This document shows positions 46,321 to 55,031 of a stretch of 55,952 nt of DNA, one piece after another. Both the position numbers and the translations under genes were made by a program. This DNA is from a virus (lineage: Duplodnaviria > Caudoviricetes), in the IMG/VR virus record IMGVR_UViG_3300013099_000023, positions 1 to 55,952 of that record; one strand, 5' to 3'. The notes beneath the pieces were generated by a model. It was given only the letters and a program-made list of their open reading frames with translations, made no database searches and was not told the DNA's origin. How positions within the stretch are numbered: position 1 is the stretch's first letter; every line of letters begins with the position of its first letter.

Positions 46321-47559
46321 CTATACCTGGTCTATAACAGCTGTAATTTTAACTTCTGTAGCCTTAGTACCAGATTTATATATAGTACCTGCCTCTCCTA
46401 AAGAATTAGTATTTACAGGATTGCCTCCTATAATATCGCCAGTAGTAGTTTCATCATGTGAAAAATAAACTAGCCTACCAGAAATTGGCTGCCAGAATTG
46501 GTCTTTTACTCTTGCTAATATACCAGTAGTAGCAGAACCATTGGCTGAAATTATACTAGGGTCTGCTAGCAAAGAAATAGAAGTCACTATTTTTGCCTGA
46601 GTAGCAACGTTATATTGAGCATAACTATAAGATTCTGTTTGTCCAAAATAATTAGCTTTACGTTGTAACTTATAGATATTATCACCTTCTATAGCTAAAT
46701 CATACACAACTATTACCTTGTTAGTAGTAATCTCTACGTTATCTAGTAACATTGAGCCATAATTATGTAAATTTATACCTGTGCCAGAAACGTCTATAAA
46801 TAACATATTTGTAGCTTTTACATAACAAAGCATATCTGTTGCTCCATACTTATCTAAAGCATATATTTTATAGAATGTGCAGGCTGTAATATCCTTATAC
46901 TCAGCTGCCTCATACCTTGTTATATAACTACCTGTATAAGCATTTATTTTATATAAAGCACCAGTATTAGCTAAAGTTCCACTATAATTATTAAATAACC
47001 ATATATTTGTATAAAAAACTACGTCAGTACCATAAGCGTATTCCTCTTCTACAGTGTCGGCTAAAACTATAACTCCAGTTTCCCACGCTTGTACGTTCAA
47101 AGTTTCTGATACACCAAGACTATTAGGCCCTATAGTAATAGTCATACCACTACTTAATTTATCCCAATAATCTTGTACAGGTATTCTATCTGTACCTATA
47201 GGTATTGTACCGGAAGTAGTTGTATGATAATGTTCTAAAGTAAAAGCATCAGCATTATATTTATGTCCTACGCTTTCGTTTAAATTTATAATTTGTTCTT
47301 GTATACATACATAATTTTGTATTTTCCAACGTTTAATAGCTAAAGAATTTGTAGCTGTGGTCTCCAACGTCCAAAAATTAGCGCCATCATACTCAAGAGA
47401 CGTGACTGGGTTATCTAGTAACGTGTCTAAAGGACTAGAAAAGGAAGTATTTCCATCAGAAGTTCTTTGGTAAAGTACATTAGTCTCATCATCAAACATG
47501 TAAAAGTAACCATCTACTAAAGTAAAATGATCCTTTTTAAAATTTATATTAGTTGACAT
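46321..47559 (-). CDS. Ig-like domain virion protein, paralog 1
   Basis: NI.F, LEYDG.NFW, IKRW, LFNNY, YKLQR.ANY, VKDQF.QP..TN..GEA..YKSG. Confidence 0.65.
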   Translation of the reverse strand: MSTNINFKKDHFTLVDGYFYMFDDETNVLYQRTSDGNTSFSSPLDTLLDNPVTSLEYDGANFWTLETTATNSLAIKRWKIQNYVCIQEQIINLNESVGHKYNADAFTLEHYHTTTSGTIPIGTDRIPVQDYWDKLSSGMTITIGPNSLGVSETLNVQAWETGVIVLADTVEEEYAYGTDVVFYTNIWLFNNYSGTLANTGALYKINAYTGSYITRYEAAEYKDITACTFYKIYALDKYGATDMLCYVKATNMLFIDVSGTGINLHNYGSMLLDNVEITTNKVIVVYDLAIEGDNIYKLQRKANYFGQTESYSYAQYNVATQAKIVTSISLLADPSIISANGSATTGILARVKDQFWQPISGRLVYFSHDETTTGDIIGGNPVNTNSLGEAGTIYKSGTKATEVKITAVIDQV

Positions 47560-47586
47560 TTTTTCTCTTTATATGTTTATTAATAT

Positions 47587-48117
47587 TTAAATTACCCTTA
47601 TCTTAGGCGACCATAATATACTATATTCAAAAGGATCTCCGTACACTTCTACCTCAGAAGTTATATCAAAAACTGTTTCTCCGTTATCTAAAGTCACTAG
47701 CATATCAGATAAATCTACACCCGCAGAAGGTACGTCATCTTTAATGTTAAACATAACATTAGAATATATAGAAACATCTCTACCTACAGGCTCCATGTAA
47801 GAAACATAAGGAGCTTTTAAATCTGTTAGAAGAGTTCCCCAATCTATAAAAGAACTTAGTTTACCTACTATTTTTGAAAGTTCTCCGTCCAACTCTTCCT
47901 CAGTTATACGATCTAAATAACCTGGCCTAATATGCACATAGTTTGAGCCGCTATAAGTAGTATTTTCATCGTTATAGATACCACTATGTGTTGTACCTAC
48001 CTCTATATAATACTTAGCCTCCCCTTCAAATTCATGTGCGAAAAACTTTTTTATAGATACATTAAACTTTACAGATTTATAAGGATTTAAACTGTTTTTT
48101 ACAAATATGTCAGCCAT
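47587..48117 (-). CDS. Putative virion protein with C-terminal Ig-like domain
   Basis: APYV..MEP...V.IYSNV.FNIKD..AGVD, same pattern as C-terminal repeats of 41812-44529. Confidence 0.55.
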   Translation of the reverse strand: MADIFVKNSLNPYKSVKFNVSIKKFFAHEFEGEAKYYIEVGTTHSGIYNDENTTYSGSNYVHIRPGYLDRITEEELDGELSKIVGKLSSFIDWGTLLTDLKAPYVSYMEPVGRDVSIYSNVMFNIKDDVPSAGVDLSDMLVTLDNGETVFDITSEVEVYGDPFEYSILWSPKIRVI

Positions 48118-48121
48118 AAGT

Positions 48122-49108
48122 CTAACTAGAAAAATCTATTTGATTTATCATAATTTTAGACATGTACCTAAGTAACTCATCTAAATCTTTAAAATAACCA
48201 CTAGGTTTATTGTCAGGATCTTGTTTACGCATTATCTGTACATAGGTACCATCAGATATTAAATATGAGTTAGTTATTCCTGTAAAGCTATTTGTATTAG
48301 ACGTGGCTACAGTAATTACATTAGAGGCAACACCTAAAGCTGTAAAATAATCATGGTTAGTACCGTCAGTTATGTATAAAGCATCTCCCACCATCACTCC
48401 TGTATCAAATCCTATTGTTATAGTAGAAGCATCAGGAGCGGAAGTGTAGTCAGCTATTAAAAGAGACTCTGTTACAACTGTGTTTAATAGATTCTCCGAT
48501 GTGACTGGGAAATCAAAACCTAGTACAGATGTACAATCATCAGATACGGCTGGAGCTACGGCTACAGCAGTTTTATTTTTTCCGCTATACGCTGTACCTA
48601 TAGTTCCTGAAGAAATGTAAAATTTTCCAGACTCAAATTTTACAGAACAATTTTTATAAGCCAATTGAAAACCTATATCTTCTGAACCACATTTTATTGC
48701 TCGTAACTTGCTTTGTAAATCTTCTGCTATATTTTCTCCTAAAATAGAAGTGTCGTCATCATAATCTAAGGATATCTCATAGTAGTTTCTATCCCCGTAA
48801 GTATACGTACCACTAACTGTAGAGTCCATACTTACTCCAAGTTTATAACTGTTATTTTTTAAATTAAATCTGCCTGCTGCTCCCCTTAAGCCTGAGGACT
48901 TCGCCCAACCTACTTTACTTTCCAATATGTACAGACTTTGAATAGCTGTTCTTTCTTCATTATCAGAATAAGCAGAAGTTGCTGCTGTAAGCATCATTTT
49001 CTCATCGCCTTCTGTTCCTACAGGCACTGCTTGAGCTACGTCTAAAGTTACTTGTTTTACTGTTCCAGGATACAGTTCTAAGTTCTGGACACTTTGATTT
49101 ATAGCCAT
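48122..49108 (-). CDS. Putative virion structural protein
   Basis: AGGAG RBS; contains the IA..LQ..L...FYISSGT.G...LGF module also seen in 36566-38152. Confidence 0.55.
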   Translation of the reverse strand: MAINQSVQNLELYPGTVKQVTLDVAQAVPVGTEGDEKMMLTAATSAYSDNEERTAIQSLYILESKVGWAKSSGLRGAAGRFNLKNNSYKLGVSMDSTVSGTYTYGDRNYYEISLDYDDDTSILGENIAEDLQSKLRAIKCGSEDIGFQLAYKNCSVKFESGKFYISSGTIGTAYSGKNKTAVAVAPAVSDDCTSVLGFDFPVTSENLLNTVVTESLLIADYTSAPDASTITIGFDTGVMVGDALYITDGTNHDYFTALGVASNVITVATSNTNSFTGITNSYLISDGTYVQIMRKQDPDNKPSGYFKDLDELLRYMSKIMINQIDFSS

Positions 49109-49140
49109 ATTATTTCTCCTAATATTTTTTAATTTATTTT

Positions 49141-49512
49141 CTATTTATAAAAATAACGCGTCCCTGTATCTAGTAAGTGCAAACAACCACTAAAAGTACA
49201 AGTGTAACCCCAAGAACCTCTGTTATCTGTTTTCATAAAGTATGATCTACCATTACCATCCACATGTGGTGACCTATTAGGAAGTGTTCCAGATATAGAA
49301 ATACCTAATAAATTTCTTGTGCGCATGTCTGTAGCATTTGAATCATAAGGACATGATGCCCAACAATGCCCTGTGTGATTGTTAACTAAATACTCAGGTA
49401 AATTTCCAAAATTATCTGTACCATTTATTTTTCTCCATTTTTCTTCTGGCGTTAAATCTTGATCTTTGCATATATCTTTAGCACGCATATTGATATACCT
49501 GTGTATTTTCAT
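49141..49512 (-). CDS. Hypothetical Cys/His-containing protein
   Basis: 123 aa; HTGHCW..CPY, CTFSGC; start uncertain. Confidence 0.55.
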   Translation of the reverse strand: MKIHRYINMRAKDICKDQDLTPEEKWRKINGTDNFGNLPEYLVNNHTGHCWASCPYDSNATDMRTRNLLGISISGTLPNRSPHVDGNGRSYFMKTDNRGSWGYTCTFSGCLHLLDTGTRYFYK

Positions 49513-49897
49513 TTAAAACATATGTATTGTAGTTAGGATAAAAGTCATGTGTCTCTCTTTCATGTAACTTACAATCTATAATTAACATATCACTATCTAA
49601 TAACTTAGGTGCTTTATTGACTTCGGACTTATGGGTTAACCTACAGTCATATAAAAATACTTTATCTTTCAAATATTCTACTTTATGCCAGGATAATTTT
49701 CCTATATATACATTTTCTACTATAATGAAGTAGTGTTTATAAAAATCAAGCTCTATACTATTATCAGGTTCTATTTTCTCAGCTCTACTTAAAACTGGGC
49801 CTGAAAAATAAGCGCCTTCTAAGAGGCAAATATTGTCTTCATATCTAATTTTTTGCCATCTCAACTCTAACTTATACTTATCTTCTAAATTTAACAT
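49478..49897 (-). CDS. Hypothetical protein
   Basis: Start set at MLNLEDKY (49897) after AAAGGA RBS, avoiding the 98-bp overlap of the track ORF. Confidence 0.55.
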   Translation of the reverse strand: MLNLEDKYKLELRWQKIRYEDNICLLEGAYFSGPVLSRAEKIEPDNSIELDFYKHYFIIVENVYIGKLSWHKVEYLKDKVFLYDCRLTHKSEVNKAPKLLDSDMLIIDCKLHERETHDFYPNYNTYVLNENTQVYQYAC

Positions 49898-49907
49898 AAA
49901 TCTTCCT

Positions 49908-50582
49908 TTAATTAACCCCATAAAGTGGTGTATAAGGCATAGAACAGCTACCACTTTCAATTTTTCCGGTATCACTTTCTGAATTCCCAACCTCCACGAT
50001 AACATGTGAATATTGAAAATCTGCTCTACCTATTTGACCAGCACTTACACTACCTGTAGATCCTATAGATATATCACCTTCATTATTAAAATTTATACCT
50101 GTAGTCCTTTGAGCTTCTGTTACTGTTTGAGATGACGTTATACTACCTTCTGATATACCTCTCATATTATAATCTGGTAAGACTACACTATTATCACCTA
50201 AGGTTACGTATTGCATCATAGCCCAAGACTCAGTAGCAGGTTGTCTGGCGTCACCTTTACTGTAATTGTAACTAGTTACAAACCAGTGTATGGATGAAGG
50301 TGCTACATCGCCTGTTATACACCCTGCAGGATCTACTGTGACAGTTAATTGATTAGCATCTACACAACTAATTGTAGGTGTTGTAGCATACTCTGGTCCA
50401 GGTGAATACAGGGTGACATTTAATGTCTCTGTGGGGCTTTTGACTTCTGCTCCTGGATAAGGGTCCCAAGAACCTAGTATATACGCCCTTTGTACGTTAG
50501 GGTTTATATTCCAAGAAACCTGTGTAGGATGCCCTCCTCCAGCTATAGTAACCGTTGTGCCTGCTCCTATTATTACTCCCAT
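49908..50582 (-). CDS. Putative tail tube-like protein
   Basis: QVSWNINPNVQRAYILGS and FVTSYNYS..ATESW resemble tube-fold strands; downstream of tape-measure/hub-like genes. Confidence 0.4.
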   Translation of the reverse strand: MGVIIGAGTTVTIAGGGHPTQVSWNINPNVQRAYILGSWDPYPGAEVKSPTETLNVTLYSPGPEYATTPTISCVDANQLTVTVDPAGCITGDVAPSSIHWFVTSYNYSKGDARQPATESWAMMQYVTLGDNSVVLPDYNMRGISEGSITSSQTVTEAQRTTGINFNNEGDISIGSTGSVSAGQIGRADFQYSHVIVEVGNSESDTGKIESGSCSMPYTPLYGVN

Positions 50583-50611
50583 CTTTTACCCTCAAAAATT
50601 TAAATTTTATT

Positions 50612-50626
50612 ACTATATTAAAGTTA
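50612..50626 (-). promoter_or_regulatory. Candidate late-promoter motif
   Basis: TAACTTTAATATAGT in a 46-bp gap, about 30 bp upstream of the ATG at 50582. Confidence 0.5.
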
Positions 50627-50628
50627 GA

Positions 50629-50835
50629 TTATTTAGGTCTTTTAGTACACCTAGTATAATTAGCAAAATCACATGTATACCGTTCATCACAATCTTTACA
50701 ATGTCTTTTTTTAAAAACAGCTAAACGTGCTCTAAGTTGTCTATCGGGTAAATACTTATGCCCACCCATCACTTGATATACAGCATTAGAATTTGAACTT
50801 GTACTTCTTCTTTTACCACATGCTCCGCAAGACAT
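50629..50835 (-). CDS. Small basic Cys-rich protein
   Basis: MSCGACGKRR...CKDC..C..C; GGGGAG RBS. Confidence 0.6.
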   Translation of the reverse strand: MSCGACGKRRSTSSNSNAVYQVMGGHKYLPDRQLRARLAVFKKRHCKDCDERYTCDFANYTRCTKRPK

Positions 50836-50844
50836 AAACTCCCC

Positions 50845-51084
50845 TTAATTTGTAATAGCAGTTAGCACAACAGATGTTTCATACCAACCACTTGTACCTG
50901 TTATCTGTTTTAAGGTCATTGATGATACATAGCCAGAAAAAATTACTCCACCAGCATTTATTGTCGTCACGTAACAGAACTCTGAATCATTATGTACCAT
51001 AGTATAAGATACCGAAACTATACCATAAATATCATAACTAAAAGATAAGGAGGTGCATTCTATAAAACTATTGGTACAAGCCAT
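50845..51084 (-). CDS. Small beta-rich hypothetical protein
   Basis: 79 aa; SLSFSYD, FSGYVSSM, YETSVVL alternating strands. Confidence 0.55.
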   Translation of the reverse strand: MACTNSFIECTSLSFSYDIYGIVSVSYTMVHNDSEFCYVTTINAGGVIFSGYVSSMTLKQITGTSGWYETSVVLTAITN

Positions 51085-51088
51085 ATTA

Positions 51089-51373
51089 TTATCCTATATC
51101 ACTCTCTCGTACTGGTACTGGTGCATGTGTAACTGTACCTTGAAAACTATTACCACCCTTATCTAATATCCTGCTAAAATTTGCAGACACATAATCACCA
51201 CCTTGGCCTCTAAAATCATCACTTCTTTTTAAATAGTTAGTATATAGATAGGTGTCTACTTGAGATTTATCAGCCATAAAAGTATGTGTAACAAAATCTC
51301 CTATCCCTATAGGCATAGGCGAACCTGCTCTTAACTTATATGTATAACCCGTCTCTACTATTTCTTGTCCCAT
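51089..51373 (-). CDS. Hypothetical protein
   Basis: 94 aa; GGAGG RBS. Confidence 0.6.
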   Translation of the reverse strand: MGQEIVETGYTYKLRAGSPMPIGIGDFVTHTFMADKSQVDTYLYTNYLKRSDDFRGQGGDYVSANFSRILDKGGNSFQGTVTHAPVPVRESDIG

Positions 51374-51383
51374 ACATCCTCCA

Positions 51384-51995
51384 TTAATTATCTATTGAAT
51401 ATACAAAATCTAAATTAACTGTAGGAACCTGCCCAGGAGTGCATGTTAAGTTTAAACTTTGTAACATACACTTTCCATAACCTCCTATACCCCAAGAAGA
51501 TAAATCTATTATACAGTCACTTTCAATTGTTGTATCTATTCTCCAAGGAGTACCATCAAATACTAACCCAAAACCATCTTGTTGTACGTCTACAGTATAC
51601 ATAGACGCAGGACCTGAGGAAGAAGAAGCATCGACTATTTCATACTCATTTACAGGATTATTCACTCCTGCTAAACTAGGAAAATAAGCTAAGCCTGCTG
51701 TAGGCCCTTGTATATAAGACTTTCCTGGTCCTCCGAATAAATAAATATTTTTGTCACAATCAGTACGTGTAATCCAATTAACAGATACTCCAGCCTTGGC
51801 TGCACACTCTGAATGTACTACTGTGCCTGCATAAGCCGTTATGGACACTGAACCAGAACTTGGAGCGATAGCTAAAGCACTGTTGCCACCACTTGTAAAT
51901 AACTGCACTGGAGTGGCTCCTTTTGAAGATACTGAGATAATTCCATCAGCCTTAATGTCAAAATTTCCTACTAAATTACAGCAGTTATTAGCCAT
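51384..51995 (-). CDS. Putative tail/baseplate protein
   Basis: Start set at MANNCC (51995) after GAGGAGG; beta-rich, ends LQSLNL..PGQVPTVNLDFVY. Confidence 0.5.
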   Translation of the reverse strand: MANNCCNLVGNFDIKADGIISVSSKGATPVQLFTSGGNSALAIAPSSGSVSITAYAGTVVHSECAAKAGVSVNWITRTDCDKNIYLFGGPGKSYIQGPTAGLAYFPSLAGVNNPVNEYEIVDASSSSGPASMYTVDVQQDGFGLVFDGTPWRIDTTIESDCIIDLSSWGIGGYGKCMLQSLNLTCTPGQVPTVNLDFVYSIDN

Positions 51996-52395
51996 CACTT
52001 TCCTCCTCTTCCTCTTCATAGTCAGAGTAATAAGTACCAAAAGCCGGACCACCTTGTATAAGCGAAGAATGATCATGTATTGGTATTATAACTATGTCTA
52101 TAACAACTATTTCTCCGCTATCGGCATAGTAATACACGGAATTTTCTTTGTTCTCAACTTGCCTATATACTACAGCTACACCCTCAGTACTTCCTTCGGG
52201 CAACTCTAGTATACCTATCGCATCATGTTTTACTGCAAATCCCCTTAATAATTCTTTTTTAGATCCTCCTAATAAAACTTCTCCATGTTTATAGAATGTT
52301 CCATAACCTTGTTTTAAATCTACTACAGTCTGTAACTCAATCTGTGTTCCTGCAGGTAGAGTAATCGTATAAGATCTTCTAGATTGCTTAGCCAT
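51988..52395 (-). CDS. Putative spike-like protein with H-x-H motif
   Basis: PIHDHSS..QGGPA near the C-terminus, acidic tail; follows hub-like gene. Confidence 0.4.
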   Translation of the reverse strand: MAKQSRRSYTITLPAGTQIELQTVVDLKQGYGTFYKHGEVLLGGSKKELLRGFAVKHDAIGILELPEGSTEGVAVVYRQVENKENSVYYYADSGEIVVIDIVIIPIHDHSSLIQGGPAFGTYYSDYEEEEEESDG

Positions 52396-52397
52396 GT

Positions 52398-52976
52398 TTA
52401 AACTACAAATTTCATATTAGAGGTTTTTATAGAGACTACCTCTCCACCGTCCCCAGGAACTGGGGACGACAGAGATGCTAAAACATCTACAGAAGTATTA
52501 TAATCTTTTTGTGCATCTGTTGTATGGTCACCATCTGTAGGCATAATAACCTCATGATTGACTAATTTAAATTGTGACCCCTTAGGCGCTTTTCTATTTA
52601 TACCTGTTATAAGTGCCCATTTACTATCTTGAGTTTCTTGCATTCTAGTATACTTCTCATTTTCTAACCTATGTAGAATATCAGCACCTTGAATATTTAA
52701 AACTACATATTTAGGATCGTCCCATGAGGGGGTTGGATTTGAACTTAATACGTCCCCAGTAAATATCTTATTTAAATTTCCCTCTATGCCTGCCTCTATA
52801 ATTATACTACTGTTACCTAAAGAATTTAAAGACGTAGCTAATATCTTTAAGGAAGCTTGAAAAGTAGATCTATTATTTCTTTCTTTTTTGACATTAAAAC
52901 TTAGAATATCAGGAGTTTTTATTATTAAACTTCCCAAACTAATTTTAGCTCTTATTGGTACAGTATTTAAAGCCAT
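52398..52976 (-). CDS. Baseplate hub-like protein (N-terminal barrel type)
   Basis: ILSFNV.K.R..STF...L...IIIEAG...IFTG.V...LNIQGADIL.RL resembles Mu gp44/T4 gp27-type hub domain. Confidence 0.5.
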   Translation of the reverse strand: MALNTVPIRAKISLGSLIIKTPDILSFNVKKERNNRSTFQASLKILATSLNSLGNSSIIIEAGIEGNLNKIFTGDVLSSNPTPSWDDPKYVVLNIQGADILHRLENEKYTRMQETQDSKWALITGINRKAPKGSQFKLVNHEVIMPTDGDHTTDAQKDYNTSVDVLASLSSPVPGDGGEVVSIKTSNMKFVV

Positions 52977-52979
52977 ACT

Positions 52980-55031
52980 TTAGTCCTCTACAGGATTATT
53001 ATAAAGTGTTACTGATACCCTATCTTTAACATCTAATACACCTGGGTACCCGTTTATAGCTGATATATCCCCCATACCATCTACTCTTATTTTAAAATCT
53101 ATATGATTACCCAAATCTTGAAGGACGGTTGCCACAGCATTAATTGTTTCGGTTTGCTTTTTGTAAATTCCACTATTTAAGCTTGCAAAATTACCATAGT
53201 ACTCAGGTCCTTCTACTACATTAATTAAATATGAAGCTTGGTCTTGATAATTATAGGATATAGAGTTAATTACTCCTCCATTTGGACCTCTTTGCCCTAA
53301 TTTAGGCGTAGCAGTAGGAGCACAAGTATGTGCATAGGTCATACCTGTATCTTTTTTTATTAAATCATATAAATTCTTAGATAATCCAATTGTTTGTGCT
53401 TCGCTTAAAGAACCTAGACTGATATTAGCAGTTCTACCTGAGTCTAATAACTTCATAGCTTTAGACATGGCTGTTTCTTCAAAATCTTGAACCGTAGTAG
53501 GATCATTATCAGGAAGTCCATCTGCTTGGTCAACTAGATCACCATTAACAGCTATTGGATTGGGAAGCTCTTCTAAAGCTATAGCTGTTAAATTTACCTC
53601 TAACTCTTTAGCTTTATCTGCTGCTTGTCCACTTGGATCTTGTATTACAAAACAAGGTGTATCTAAAGAAACTTTTATCCAAACTTGTTTTATTAAAAGT
53701 CCGCCTCCAGCTGATTTTGTAGGTAGAATAGTACCTAAACCTTTTAAGGCTAAGTCATCTATAGGCCCATCACTGTTCCCAGAAAATAGATTGAACAACT
53801 CTGTACTATCATGCTGAATATAAAAAGGTACATGGGTACCAAAAGTGCCTTTATCTTTATAAAAAGAATTATTAGCAAATTGTATCTCTATTTTATCTGC
53901 TTCTGTAAGTTCCCCATATGAGCTGTAATCTACTGTATACTCCTCTGATTCTGATAAAGAGTATACACTTTCTTTAGTATTTTCTGAGGCTGTTATTATT
54001 ACTGTATTTTCTTTTGTATTATCAGCTACAGCCGCTTCTAATTTAGGTACTCCTCTACAAGTAGTAAGATTAATACCTACAAAATAAACACCTGCTACAT
54101 TGATAAATTTATTAACTATTGTAGAACCATATTTACGATAAGTTAAACCTTCTTTAAGTGGTATTGACACCACTAGAGGCTTACCCCCTTGTACTGACCC
54201 ATCTTCATAATCAAAACAAGGATCATCTTTAGGTCCCTCATTGGCTCTCCTACGAGGCACACCTATATTTGGACTTCTAGCATTCTGACCTAAAGTAAAA
54301 CCTGGATCTCCATTTTCAGGTAACACCCCATTACCCTCAAAATCTAAAAGCATAGGTACAAGTGAATTACTTTGTTGAGATATTTTAGTTAGTTTATCGT
54401 ACTTGGAATTCCAACTAGGAATTATTTGCCAAGCATAACCAACAATACTTTGAAAGGTATTGGCCACTTCAAATAATTCTTTTATCCCATTAGCATAACT
54501 AGAATTTCCGCTTGTATAGATAGGGTCATTATAAGTAATTATAGAAGTAGTTGTAAATCCTGGAGCTATACAATTAGAATTCATGTGCGTAGCATCCCAT
54601 ATAGTATAATTTTCTCTATTTTTACCTATTACATTTTCCCAAGGAAAAACTATTCTTTTAATTTTAGGCTTTCCGCCTGTTACCATCACTCCAACTCTTT
54701 TAGGGGTATAACCTACAGAAGAAATGGTGTAATAAATATTTAGTGCGCTAAAAGATCCTTCCCCTACTTTATATGTAATAACTCTACCATTTTCATCTAC
54801 ACAAAACTCTGTTGGTGCTTCATCTTCTGACATTAACTCCAATAAGGATGCTTTTATAGCATCCATAGGATTTACTCTTTTTAGATTTACATTTTGTAAC
54901 TTACCCCCAATCACACCTCCTGAAGGTATATCAAAAGTTTCTAAAACATCAGTAATTATTACAGAAGCCTCAGGAACCTCTGGAGCTTTGTAACCATCAA
55001 TACTTTGAAAAGTGGGCCAAAAATTACCCAT
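52980..55031 (-). CDS. Putative baseplate hub/tail-tip protein
   Basis: Directly after tape-measure-like gene; MDAI..L.....FCVDENG.V, V.VTGG, INSISYNY, OB-like C-terminus. Confidence 0.5.
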   Translation of the reverse strand: MGNFWPTFQSIDGYKAPEVPEASVIITDVLETFDIPSGGVIGGKLQNVNLKRVNPMDAIKASLLELMSEDEAPTEFCVDENGRVITYKVGEGSFSALNIYYTISSVGYTPKRVGVMVTGGKPKIKRIVFPWENVIGKNRENYTIWDATHMNSNCIAPGFTTTSIITYNDPIYTSGNSSYANGIKELFEVANTFQSIVGYAWQIIPSWNSKYDKLTKISQQSNSLVPMLLDFEGNGVLPENGDPGFTLGQNARSPNIGVPRRRANEGPKDDPCFDYEDGSVQGGKPLVVSIPLKEGLTYRKYGSTIVNKFINVAGVYFVGINLTTCRGVPKLEAAVADNTKENTVIITASENTKESVYSLSESEEYTVDYSSYGELTEADKIEIQFANNSFYKDKGTFGTHVPFYIQHDSTELFNLFSGNSDGPIDDLALKGLGTILPTKSAGGGLLIKQVWIKVSLDTPCFVIQDPSGQAADKAKELEVNLTAIALEELPNPIAVNGDLVDQADGLPDNDPTTVQDFEETAMSKAMKLLDSGRTANISLGSLSEAQTIGLSKNLYDLIKKDTGMTYAHTCAPTATPKLGQRGPNGGVINSISYNYQDQASYLINVVEGPEYYGNFASLNSGIYKKQTETINAVATVLQDLGNHIDFKIRVDGMGDISAINGYPGVLDVKDRVSVTLYNNPVED

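Noticed and set aside
49898-52076. Long N-terminal extensions of track ORFs 49478-50005 and 51384-52076 (also 5351, 8888, 23215 starts)
   Set aside because: They create avoidable overlaps; downstream starts have RBS or coupling support.
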